Below are positions 22,941-43,431 of a stretch of DNA of 64,000 nucleotides, in pieces (the stretch's first letter is position 1; the number at the start of each line of letters is the position of its first letter). The stretch is from contig CACAQQ010000001.1 in NCBI GenBank assembly GCA_902534675.1, positions 24,177 through 88,176 on the forward strand, in the 5' to 3' direction. The DNA is from an uncultured Prochlorococcus sp. GTDB lineage: Bacteria; Cyanobacteriota; Cyanobacteriia; PCC-6307; Cyanobiaceae. The translations under genes were made by a program, and so were the position numbers. The notes under the pieces are model-generated. The model did not search any database. It saw only the letters and a list, made by a program, of their open reading frames with translations, and was not told where the DNA came from.

Positions 22941-23381
22941 TTATTTAATTAGCCAAAGCGGTATTGTCTCTAATTCTTTTCCAGTAAAAGAAGCAATAAA
23001 AATTGCAACAATTAAACTTATAGAAATGATGATAATTAAAAGAAACAACGAAAACAATTCTCCATTCGAAAAAGGTCTTCTATTTCCTATTAAATTTTGA
23101 TTATTAGAATCGATTACTAAATTATTTAAAACGTTAGTATTATTTGTAATCCTAGAGTTTTCTTTTAGTTTGTCATCATATATTTTCCTTAAATTACTAT
23201 TATTTAAATGTTCATAAGCTTCAAGAACTTCTTGAAATTTACTTTTAGCAACATCTATTTCTAATGAAGTTGTATCGGGATGCAACTCAATAGAAAGTTT
23301 ACAAAATGCCTTTCTTAATTCATGATTGGATGCATTTTCATTTACACCTAAAATTTTGTAATAGGAAGTTTCCCCTTTCAA
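22941..23381 (-). CDS. Type III J-domain protein with C-terminal TM helix
   Basis: YYKILGV, LHPD, F..V.EAY..L....R..YD, then RRPFSNGE and a hydrophobic helix. Confidence 0.9.
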   Translation of the reverse strand: MKGETSYYKILGVNENASNHELRKAFCKLSIELHPDTTSLEIDVAKSKFQEVLEAYEHLNNSNLRKIYDDKLKENSRITNNTNVLNNLVIDSNNQNLIGNRRPFSNGELFSLFLLIIIISISLIVAIFIASFTGKELETIPLWLIK

Positions 23382-23470
23382 AATAATCTTTTATTAATAT
23401 TGTAATTCTAATAAATTTTTACTAAATAGAATGTATTTAATAGATGGTTAAAATTCATATTTATAACGAA

Positions 23471-24184
23471 ATGAAAAAACAAAATATTCCAGAAGAAATT
23501 CTTTCCTTAATAACTGAAGAAGAAATAAATTTATTTCAAGAGTTACAAATTAAAATTAAAGAATTAAATAATAAGACCAATCTCACAAGATTAACTGATG
23601 GTGATGATTATTGGGTATCTCAAGTTTTTGACAGCATTTGGCCATTCAAAGCTTTCACGAATATTAATTTTGATAATAAAAAATTTTTAGATATTGGATC
23701 AGGCTGTGGGTTCCCAGGTTTAGCTTATGCAATAACTCATCCTAATTCTGAGATATACCTAATTGATTCTTTGAAAAAGAAAACAGATGCAATAAAAATT
23801 TTAGTTGAGCAGATCAATTTCAAAAACGATATTCATGTAATCAATGATCGTGTTGAGAATTTAGCCCACCAATCGTCAATGAGAAATAATTTTAATATTG
23901 CAACAACTAGAGCGGTTAGTAATCCATCAACAGTTTCAGAATATATACTACCAATGTTAAAAAAAGAAGGGTTTGGAGTTTTATATTGTGGCAAATGGAC
24001 GAATCAAGAAAGCAAAAATCTAGATAAAACTTTAGAAAAATTAGAAGGAAAAGTTAAAGATAAAAAAGAGATACTATTACCAAGAAATAAAGGCACCCGA
24101 AATATTATTCTCATTCAGCCAAAGAATTTTTGTCCTGAAATTTACCCAAGAAAAGTCGGCAAACCTGAAAAAAATCCATTATGA
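23471..24184 (+). CDS. rsmG: 16S rRNA m7G527 methyltransferase
   Basis: NLT, DIGSGCGFPG, DSLKKK and TRAV. Start taken as ATG 23471 (track gives 23444). Confidence 0.94.
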   Translation: MKKQNIPEEILSLITEEEINLFQELQIKIKELNNKTNLTRLTDGDDYWVSQVFDSIWPFKAFTNINFDNKKFLDIGSGCGFPGLAYAITHPNSEIYLIDSLKKKTDAIKILVEQINFKNDIHVINDRVENLAHQSSMRNNFNIATTRAVSNPSTVSEYILPMLKKEGFGVLYCGKWTNQESKNLDKTLEKLEGKVKDKKEILLPRNKGTRNIILIQPKNFCPEIYPRKVGKPEKNPL

Positions 24185-24186
24185 AA

Positions 24187-25380
24187 TTATTTTCTTGATA
24201 ATCTTTTAGCATTCTTATCTCCAAACTTTTCTTTTAAATTTCTCAATTTTTTTATAACTTTTTTTGGATTTATATGACCTTCTAATACTTTCAATAATTG
24301 CCCTTCAGAAACATCTACATCTAGTAAATTCGCGTTGAATCCTGGGAACCAGTGGCTTCCATTACCAAGCAATTGATATCTAGCTCTTACATATCCTTCC
24401 ATACCCAACCAATCAATTAAATTTGAAAGCCAAAGCAGAACAGGAATATTAATATTTCCCGGAGTATATTCCCAACTTGGTAAATTTCTGTTCCAATTTT
24501 GATGCCACTCTAAACCTAAGGAATTAATTGATTCCTGCCTTAATTTGTTAATTATCCTAGGCACATACTTCTCAGATTCTGATAACAACGAGACAGCTTC
24601 TAAATGCAGAGCAAAATCTGTCTCTTTTGCAATGCCTACACTCAAAGTATGGACATTTTGATTTCTTAAGCAAAAAAGATCATTAAAAACTATAGGATGA
24701 AGTGGTTTACAAAATTCCAACATTTTTCTTGAGGGAGTATGAAGATGTCCCCCTTTATCAGTGGGACTTATTATAAAAACCCCAAGATCATGCTTATTGG
24801 CTAAATTAATAACCTTTGTATTTTCCTGATTAATGAAATACCAGTGCAAATTTACATAATCAAATAAGTTTGTTGATATGGCCTTTTGAATAAGTGAAGA
24901 TTTTCCATGGGTTGAAAATCCAATAGATCCAATTAAATTTTCTTTTTGAAAATTCCTCAAAATATCAATGCAACCTCCATCTCGAATAGCCTGATGTAAA
25001 TGTTCAGCAGTATTGATACCATGTATTGCAAGCAAATCAATTCTTTTAACTTTTAATTTTTCAATACTTTCCATAACATCTCTCTTGAAAATTTCCGGAT
25101 CACTATTTGGTGGAATCTTTGTTTGGATTATATTTGGGATTTTCTTAGTATTCTTAAAACACATCCCTAATTGCACCTCAGAAGTTCCGTAGTACTTGGC
25201 GGTTTCTACATGACTTAAGCCATATTGTGTTGCAAGATCTAATATATTTTCTACTTTATTTTGTTCTTCGTATGAAACCTCAGAAAAATCTAATTGATCC
25301 CAACTTTTTTGAAATCTCATACCACCTAAAGATAAAACAGGAATCTTCAGATTGGTTCTACCAAATCTACGATATTGCAT
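24187..25380 (-). CDS. Aldo/keto reductase family protein
   Basis: YRRFGRT, LSLGGMR, ETAKYYGTSE, QTK, HG and IGFSTH. Confidence 0.88.
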   Translation of the reverse strand: MQYRRFGRTNLKIPVLSLGGMRFQKSWDQLDFSEVSYEEQNKVENILDLATQYGLSHVETAKYYGTSEVQLGMCFKNTKKIPNIIQTKIPPNSDPEIFKRDVMESIEKLKVKRIDLLAIHGINTAEHLHQAIRDGGCIDILRNFQKENLIGSIGFSTHGKSSLIQKAISTNLFDYVNLHWYFINQENTKVINLANKHDLGVFIISPTDKGGHLHTPSRKMLEFCKPLHPIVFNDLFCLRNQNVHTLSVGIAKETDFALHLEAVSLLSESEKYVPRIINKLRQESINSLGLEWHQNWNRNLPSWEYTPGNINIPVLLWLSNLIDWLGMEGYVRARYQLLGNGSHWFPGFNANLLDVDVSEGQLLKVLEGHINPKKVIKKLRNLKEKFGDKNAKRLSRK

Positions 25381-25390
25381 CTTTTTGATA

Positions 25391-25750
25391 TTAGTGCTTA
25401 TTCATTCTCGGTGGCTTTCCAAATGTTTGAAACATATCCCTATCTAGACTATTCTCTAAATCATCTAATTCTTCAAATTTGACCCAATGAATACAATCAA
25501 CAGGGCATGTATCTATTGCTTCTTGTATGACATCATAACTATCTCCATCTTGCCTAATAGCTCGACTTCTACCATGAAATTCATCAACAGTGAAAGTGTT
25601 CGAAGCGACGTGAACACAGTACTGACAACCAATACACTTTGATTCATCAACCCATACAGCTTTTTCGGCTAACTGACCACCTAAAACGGGCTCATAGCCT
25701 GTGATCTCAATATTTTCTTCAGTATTTTTAAATGGATCCGTAAAATCCAT
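25391..25750 (-). CDS. Single-cluster bacterial-type ferredoxin (Fed7-like)
   Basis: VWVDESKCIGCQYC and AIDTCPVDCIHWV. Confidence 0.88.
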   Translation of the reverse strand: MDFTDPFKNTEENIEITGYEPVLGGQLAEKAVWVDESKCIGCQYCVHVASNTFTVDEFHGRSRAIRQDGDSYDVIQEAIDTCPVDCIHWVKFEELDDLENSLDRDMFQTFGKPPRMNKH

Positions 25751-25759
25751 ATCTTGACA

Positions 25760-26152
25760 TTAGTTTTCCCACTTGGTTAAGACCAATTCAATAGAACCAT
25801 CATTTTTATTTTTTTGCTCTACGATTTGATATCCATCTTCTTGCGTTTTAGAAATGATTGTTTGGTAAGCATACATTTGTGTAACTTTTGAGATAAATCT
25901 TTCTACTGGAATCTCAAATTTCCATAGATCAAGGTCAGTAACTAATTCATATGCATTAGAATTGTTATCCCATTTAAATCCAACTTGGGTATCACCAGGT
26001 AAATGCATACTTATATCAACGGCTGTGAATTGACCTTTATATCCTTTTACAAACTTTTCTTCTTGATTAATACTATAACCAAAATGATTTAAAGCCTTAA
26101 TTAATGGCTCTACTTCTTTGAGCTGAGTTTTAATTGTACTAAAATGTGACAT
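25760..26152 (-). CDS. ycf35: Ycf35 / DUF1257 family protein
   Basis: MSHFSTIKT N-terminus, GF.W...YELVTDLDLW, Q.YAY and DGSIELV. Confidence 0.88.
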   Translation of the reverse strand: MSHFSTIKTQLKEVEPLIKALNHFGYSINQEEKFVKGYKGQFTAVDISMHLPGDTQVGFKWDNNSNAYELVTDLDLWKFEIPVERFISKVTQMYAYQTIISKTQEDGYQIVEQKNKNDGSIELVLTKWEN

Positions 26153-26354
26153 TAGATTGGTTATTTAGTTGTGTTAAGTTTTCACTTTGATTAGAGATGA
26201 AAGCATCAGAAGTTTTATTCTTAACTGTTACTTTACCGAGAGCGTCTTCGAGATTTTTTGTAGCTTCATTGCATGAATTACCATTAAATCCCTCAACAGT
26301 CTCTTCAACTCTTCCGTCTTGATGAATTTTGAATCTCAATGTTTTTTGAGGCAT
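26139..26354 (-). CDS. DUF2997 family protein
   Basis: F.I.QDGRVEE.VEG..G.SC...T..LE.ALG.V. ATG at 26354 preferred; overlaps the ycf35 start by 14 bp. Confidence 0.85.
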   Translation of the reverse strand: MPQKTLRFKIHQDGRVEETVEGFNGNSCNEATKNLEDALGKVTVKNKTSDAFISNQSENLTQLNNQSNVTF

Positions 26355-26378
26355 TAAATTCAAGTATTGAGTACTTTT

Positions 26379-26421
26379 ACTTTATATAGAATAACGAAAA
26401 TATTTTGTTTCAGTTGGTACA
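26379..26421 (-). promoter_or_regulatory. Putative NtcA-activated (class II) promoter of the DUF2997 operon
   Basis: Minus strand TGTA-CCAACTGA-AACA (26421-26406). The GTA-N8-AAC core is followed by exactly 22 nt and then TAAAGT (TA-N3-T, 26384-26379). Confidence 0.5.
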
Positions 26422-26501
26422 AGTTAATTAATTTTAATTTTTATATTGAATATCTGATAAATTAATTAGTTATCTAGTGTTCTTGTAAAAAATTAAGATT
26501 T

Positions 26502-27269
26502 TTAATTATAAAAACCTTGCATCCCCATGGAATCAAGGGCAGTTTTTGCTTCCTCCATAACAGATGGCTCTTTATCAAAGAGGGCTATCTTAGTACACTC
26601 ATCAACAAAACTCTCTTGGTATGTATTGTTTAATTTTTCGTACAACCTACACAATGACCAAATACAATTGCTTCTTACACCTGATTCATTATCTATCTTT
26701 AAACTTATTAAAAGTTGTTCTGCTGCTAATTGAGCGTTCTCAAAAGAAACATTTCCAATTTCAGCTAAAGAACTTGATGACCATAACCTCACTGCAGCCA
26801 CATCATTCTTTAAAGCATTTATTAATGGTTCTAAAACAATTTGGTTATCATAATTAGCTAAGCTCCATGCAGTTGCTCTTCTGACATAAGCATTATCATC
26901 TGTCCTCAAAAGACTGACAAGTTTCCGGACTGCGCTAGGACATGGATTACGACCTAAAGCATATACAGCACTCATTCTTTCAACAGGGCAAGGTTGATCA
27001 AGTAATGGTAATAAAAGGGGGAAAGATCTTGAATCTCTATACTCACAAAATATTCTTAATCCCTGTATTCTTTCTTCTCTATTACCTTTTAGCAATTTCA
27101 AAGCTTCATCACACTCTTGACTAATATTTAAATTTTTTGAAAAAGCATCTTCGTCAATTTGTTCTAAAGGATCTATTTCAATCTCTAAAGCCAATTCTCT
27201 TGCCAAAACATCTGGATCAACCGCAATTTCCGCTAGGCTTTCTTTTTTAGGATCCTCATTTTTCGTCAT
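26502..27269 (-). CDS. PBS-lyase-type HEAT-repeat protein, Cys-rich (possibly IaiH-like)
   Basis: Repeated LxDxxxxVRxxAxxxL units and an acidic N-terminus. Cys in IFCE, PCP (twice) and SNCIWSLC. Confidence 0.85.
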   Translation of the reverse strand: MTKNEDPKKESLAEIAVDPDVLARELALEIEIDPLEQIDEDAFSKNLNISQECDEALKLLKGNREERIQGLRIFCEYRDSRSFPLLLPLLDQPCPVERMSAVYALGRNPCPSAVRKLVSLLRTDDNAYVRRATAWSLANYDNQIVLEPLINALKNDVAAVRLWSSSSLAEIGNVSFENAQLAAEQLLISLKIDNESGVRSNCIWSLCRLYEKLNNTYQESFVDECTKIALFDKEPSVMEEAKTALDSMGMQGFYN

Positions 27270-27288
27270 TGTTAAAAAACTAAAAATA

Positions 27289-27414
27289 TTAATTCATGGG
27301 GGCAGGAGACATCATATCTCCTGGCAACCAAATTCTTGCACTTACCGCAAAGAAGGCAATCCCAAAGAGTGCGACTATAGCGAATGGTAAAATTTTTGTC
27401 TTAATAAAACCCAA
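27289..27414 (-). CDS. 41-aa single-TM microprotein (not in ORF track)
   Basis: Hand translation from TTG: MGFIKTKILPFAIVALFGIAFFAVSARIWLPGDMMSPAPMN. Coding-like GC content, fills the rlmN-HEAT gap and is co-oriented with both. Confidence 0.75.
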   Translation of the reverse strand: MGFIKTKILPFAIVALFGIAFFAVSARIWLPGDMMSPAPMN

Positions 27415-27483
27415 AGAATCAAATCATATTTAATCAATAATAACCTGTTTAAGAGATTTTTAAAAAATTTTTATTAGATAATA

Positions 27484-28542
<1,059 letters not shown>

Positions 28543-28559
28543 TTATTTTAAAATTATTT

Positions 28560-28736
<177 letters not shown>

Positions 28737-28764
28737 CTAGTCACTAAAAATAATAATAGATATA

Positions 28765-32892
<4,128 letters not shown>

Positions 32893-32899
32893 TTAAGGA

Positions 32900-38136
<5,237 letters not shown>

Positions 38137-38352
38137 CCAAGAAACCTGAGATTATGTGAGATTTACTATGTTACTTTAAATCTACTTAATCTTAAGTTGT
38201 TTGACTTTTATGTTAATTTGAAACCAATAATTAGATCTCGATTTCAACAAATTAATCAATTTAATAAGAACTTAAAAAATTGAGATTAATGGAAAACATT
38301 AACTAAAAAAAGTAAAAACTTAAAAATTAAGAAAAATTGTCAGTAATTTCAA

Positions 38353-38361
38353 ATTCTAACA
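38353..38361 (-). promoter_or_regulatory. Putative extended -10 promoter for rpoB
   Basis: Minus strand TG-T-TAGAAT, implying a leader of about 210 nt. Confidence 0.45.
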
Positions 38362-38376
38362 GCTTAGGTGTTAACT

Positions 38377-39165
38377 TTACAAGCCAAACTTAAACAAATC
38401 TTCAGCATTCTTTGATGACTCATTAGCAATTGTTGTTAATTCCTTAGATCTTAAATCTGCTATAAAATTAGCAACATCCTCAACATATGCAGGTTCATTT
38501 CTTTTACCCCTGTATGGAACAGGTGCTAAAAAGGGTGAGTCGGTTTCAATTAGATATTTATCACTAGGTACTATTTTGGCACACTCATGAATTTCATGTG
38601 CTTTTGGGAAAGTCACTATTCCACTAAAACTTATATAAAAACCTAGATCCAAAAATTGCTTCATTTCTTTTGGGGTTCCTGTCCAGCAATGAAGTACACC
38701 TCTAGGACATTTATCTTTTTTACGAAGTTGATTACATACTTCAATCATTTCATTTGCAGCATCTCTACAATGAATTATTACAGGTAATTCAAGTTCGTAA
38801 GCCAACTCCATTTGTGGTATGAGGGCATCAATTTGCTGAGTTTTATTTTCACTTTTAAAAAAATCCAAGCCTAATTCCCCAATAGCTACAACTCTACTAT
38901 CTTCTTGAGCTGAGTTTTTTAAAAGAGATTTGGAACTTAATTCCCATTTGTCTGCTTCTAGCGGATGCAACCCAACTGAATAATAAATTTCGTTAAATTG
39001 ATGAGATAATTTTCTTAACTTTGGAATTTCTGTAAATTCACAACAGGCATGAACTAATTTTTTTACACCTTTTGAACGCAATCTTAAAACAACATCTTCG
39101 AGGTCTGTCTCAAAATTCTTAAATATTAAATGACAGTGAGAGTCTGTAAGTTCAATATCGCTCAT
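38377..39165 (-). CDS. tatD: TatD-family nuclease
   Basis: DSHCH, GLHP, GELGLD, IHCR and ETDSP. Confidence 0.93.
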   Translation of the reverse strand: MSDIELTDSHCHLIFKNFETDLEDVVLRLRSKGVKKLVHACCEFTEIPKLRKLSHQFNEIYYSVGLHPLEADKWELSSKSLLKNSAQEDSRVVAIGELGLDFFKSENKTQQIDALIPQMELAYELELPVIIHCRDAANEMIEVCNQLRKKDKCPRGVLHCWTGTPKEMKQFLDLGFYISFSGIVTFPKAHEIHECAKIVPSDKYLIETDSPFLAPVPYRGKRNEPAYVEDVANFIADLRSKELTTIANESSKNAEDLFKFGL

Positions 39166-39181
39166 CCTAAAATCTACCGTT

Positions 39182-39475
39182 TCACTTTTCTACAAGGATA
39201 GTTTTTACAAGCTTGTTAATTTTTGATTTTTTATTAGCACCGTTATTCTTATGTAGAACATTTTTTTTAACTGCTTTATCAATTAAGCTGTATGCTTTAT
39301 TCAAACTTTTTTCTACCAAGTTTTTGTTACCTTCATTAGGGTCTTTCTTATATTTTTCACAATTTTCTAAGGTTTTCTTAGTCAAAGTCCTAACTGTAGA
39401 TTTGTATGATTTATTTATTAAACGGTTTCTTTCGGCAATTTGTATTCTCTTTTTTGCTGATTTGTTATTGGCCAC
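39182..39475 (-). CDS. rpsT: 30S ribosomal protein S20
   Basis: ANNKSAKKR, IDKAVKK and LHKN; GTG start. Confidence 0.96.
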   Translation of the reverse strand: MANNKSAKKRIQIAERNRLINKSYKSTVRTLTKKTLENCEKYKKDPNEGNKNLVEKSLNKAYSLIDKAVKKNVLHKNNGANKKSKINKLVKTILVEK

Positions 39476-39501
39476 AGAGGTTTTATAAATATAAGATTCT
39501 C

Positions 39502-39510
39502 ATCATAACA
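39502..39510 (-). promoter_or_regulatory. Putative extended -10 promoter for rpsT
   Basis: Minus strand TG-T-TATGAT, 26 nt upstream of the start codon. Confidence 0.5.
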
Positions 39511-39596
39511 AATACATCGACAACTAATCAATCATATATAATTTAAACATGTTGCTAAATTTCATATTGAGCCTTTTAATTTGAATAATTTAGAAT

Positions 39597-40904
39597 ATGA
39601 AGATCATAAATAATAAAACAGAGGCTATCCAAGAATTAAAAAGGATTTCTACTCGAACTAATTCAGAAAACAACAAAGAGATAAATGCTGTTGTCGAAGA
39701 AATTCTTCAGAAGGTAAAAACTTATGGAGACCAAGCTGTAGAAAAATATACAAGAACATTTGACGGCTTCAATCCTAACCCTATGCAAGTTAGCACTAGT
39801 GACTTAAAGGATGCCTGGGATGAAATTGATAGCAATTTAAAACGCTCACTTGAAATCGCCCATAAAAGAATTAAAAAATTCCATGAAAAAGAAATTCCAT
39901 CGTCCTTCACTATAAAAGGTAAACATGGTGATTTAGTCCAAAGGAAATGGCGACCAGTAAAAAAAGCAGGAATTTATATTCCTGGAGGTAGAGCTGCTTA
40001 TCCAAGCACCGTATTAATGAATGCAATACCTGCAAAAGTGGCAGGAGTGGAAGAAATTTTAATGGTATCTCCTGGGAATAAAGAAGGGGAAATAAACAAA
40101 ACTGTTTTAGCCGCAGCTTACCTATCAGGAATAGATAAAGTTTTTAGAATTGGAGGAGCGCAAGCAATTGCTGCTTTAGCATTTGGCACAAAAAAAATCA
40201 ATAGAGTAGATGTTATTTCAGGTCCTGGCAATATCTATGTAACTACTGCTAAGAAACTAATTTATGGCTCTACAGGAATTGATTCTTTAGCAGGTCCAAG
40301 TGAAATATTAATAATTGCAGATGAAACAGCTCAAAGCACACACATAGCATCTGATTTACTAGCACAAGCAGAACATGATCCCTTAGCTTCCTCAATACTT
40401 TTGACTACATCAAAGGACCAGGCAAAAAAAGTTTTGGAAGAAATTGAAAAAAGAATAGTTGATCATCCAAGAAAAGAAATTTGTATGCAATCAATAAAAA
40501 ATTGGGGATTAATTGTAATTTGCGAAAATTATGAATCATGCATTGAACTAAGCAATAACTTTGCTCCAGAGCATTTAGAAATTTTAGCTTTAGATTCTCA
40601 AAAGATTCTTGAAGGTATAGAGAATGCAGGTGCAATATTTCTAGGGAAATGGACACCAGAAGCTGTTGGAGATTACTTGGCTGGACCAAACCATACTTTA
40701 CCAACATCAGGAAATGCTAGATTTAGCGGTTCTTTAGGAGTTGAAACTTTTATGAAAAATACTTCAATAATAGAATTTAATGAAGAGAGTTTAAAAGTTA
40801 ATGGTCTTGATATTATTAATCTTGCAGAAAGTGAGGGCTTACATAGTCACGCTTACTCTGTAAAAATAAGATTTGATGATCAACTAACTTTTGAAGGAGA
40901 ATAA
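39597..40904 (+). CDS. hisD: Histidinol dehydrogenase
   Basis: YIPGG, GGAQA, GPGN, AGPSE, QAEH, APEHL and GPNHTLPT. Confidence 0.97.
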   Translation: MKIINNKTEAIQELKRISTRTNSENNKEINAVVEEILQKVKTYGDQAVEKYTRTFDGFNPNPMQVSTSDLKDAWDEIDSNLKRSLEIAHKRIKKFHEKEIPSSFTIKGKHGDLVQRKWRPVKKAGIYIPGGRAAYPSTVLMNAIPAKVAGVEEILMVSPGNKEGEINKTVLAAAYLSGIDKVFRIGGAQAIAALAFGTKKINRVDVISGPGNIYVTTAKKLIYGSTGIDSLAGPSEILIIADETAQSTHIASDLLAQAEHDPLASSILLTTSKDQAKKVLEEIEKRIVDHPRKEICMQSIKNWGLIVICENYESCIELSNNFAPEHLEILALDSQKILEGIENAGAIFLGKWTPEAVGDYLAGPNHTLPTSGNARFSGSLGVETFMKNTSIIEFNEESLKVNGLDIINLAESEGLHSHAYSVKIRFDDQLTFEGE

Positions 40905-41593
40905 ACAACAGGGATATTATCGTCGATTTTACCAACTAATACTTTATCTGTAATATCAACAAATAATCCATTTTCTAATACTCCTGGAATATTATTAATT
41001 TGCATTTCCATTTCTTTTGGATTCTTAATACCACCATTAAATAATACATCTAAAATTAAGTTGCCTTGATCAGTAACAACTGGACCAGCTTTTTTAGACG
41101 CCATTCTTAAAGTAGAAATGCCATTCATTTCTGAAATTAATTCCTGAACTTGCTTCCAAGAATTTGGAAGAACTTCTACAGGTAAAGGAAAAGATTGATT
41201 TAAGTTTTGTACCAGTTTAGTTTCATCAACAACAATTAATAATTGATTAGCTTTAGATGCTACTAATTTTTCTCTTACATGGCATGCGCCTCCGCCCTTT
41301 ATTAGTTGAAATCCTGGATCAACTTCATCTGCCCCATCAATAGCAAGATCTATTTGTGAAACAGAAGCTAAATCAATAAGAGGGATATCGAGTTTGAGTG
41401 CTAAAACTTCTGACTGGAAGGAAGTTGCAACACCTCTAATATTTTGTAATTTACCAGAACGAATTTCATCAGCGAGGCTTTTTATCATAAGCGCAGCCGT
41501 AGATCCAGATCCTAATCCTAGTATCATGCCACTCTTAACTTCTTTAATTGCTGCATCAGCAACTATTTGTTTCATTTGAGTTTGTGAGTCCAA
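40880..41593 (-). CDS. rpiA: Ribose-5-phosphate isomerase A
   Basis: GLGSGST, DGADE and KGGGA. Confidence 0.97.
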   Translation of the reverse strand: MDSQTQMKQIVADAAIKEVKSGMILGLGSGSTAALMIKSLADEIRSGKLQNIRGVATSFQSEVLALKLDIPLIDLASVSQIDLAIDGADEVDPGFQLIKGGGACHVREKLVASKANQLLIVVDETKLVQNLNQSFPLPVEVLPNSWKQVQELISEMNGISTLRMASKKAGPVVTDQGNLILDVLFNGGIKNPKEMEMQINNIPGVLENGLFVDITDKVLVGKIDDNIPVVYSPSKVS

Positions 41594-41637
41594 AATCTTT
41601 TTTTAAGTTTATAGATTATTAAATTTCAATGGGTGAT

Positions 41638-42768
<1,131 letters not shown>

Positions 42769-42927
42769 TTACTTAATAGTTTTTTGGTCTGTAGACCAAA
42801 TCTAGTTGAAGAAATATATTATTGTTGTTTTTTTGTTTACATCCATAAAATACAAATTTTTGAATTTTTTATAGAAAAAACTTTTTTTTATGTGAAAATT
42901 ATTTTAAATCAATTTATAAAAATAAAT

Positions 42928-43395
42928 TTGAATAAAGAAAACAAAAGTAAAATTGAAATTCTATTAAAAAAAGTTGCAAGAGAATGGGATTTAGAAATCT
43001 GCGATTTAAATATCCAAACTAATCAAAATCCAATTATTTTAAAAATCACTATAAAAAAAACCAATGGAAGTAACATTTCACTTGATGATTGTGCAATATT
43101 TAATACTCCAGCATCTGAAGAAATAGAAAAATCAAATCTTTTAAATTGTTCATATGTCTTAGAAATTAGTAGTCAAGGGGTCAGTGATGAATTAACCTCA
43201 GAAAGAGACTTCAAAACTTTTAAGGGTTTTCCAGTTAATGTTGAGTTAAACCAAAAGAATTCAAAAATAAAATTTCTGAATGGTTTACTTTATGAAAAGT
43301 CTAAAGATTTTTTAGCCATTAACATAAAAGGTAAGATAAAAAAAATACCTTTTGATGAAGTACTAAGAATTAGTCTTTGTACATTAAAAGATTAA
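42928..43395 (+). CDS. rimP: Ribosome maturation factor RimP
   Basis: ISLDDC and YVLEISSQG. Start moved to in-frame TTG 42928 (155 aa). Confidence 0.9.
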   Translation: MNKENKSKIEILLKKVAREWDLEICDLNIQTNQNPIILKITIKKTNGSNISLDDCAIFNTPASEEIEKSNLLNCSYVLEISSQGVSDELTSERDFKTFKGFPVNVELNQKNSKIKFLNGLLYEKSKDFLAINIKGKIKKIPFDEVLRISLCTLKD

Positions 43396-43431
43396 TTATT
43401 TTTTCAACCATTATTCAATTTCCCATCATAG

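Noticed and set aside
42784-42927. 48-aa N-terminal extension of RimP in the ORF track (similar extensions for fusA, dapL and rsmG)
   Set aside because: An artefact of longest-ORF calling through AT-rich upstream DNA; downstream starts give normal family lengths.
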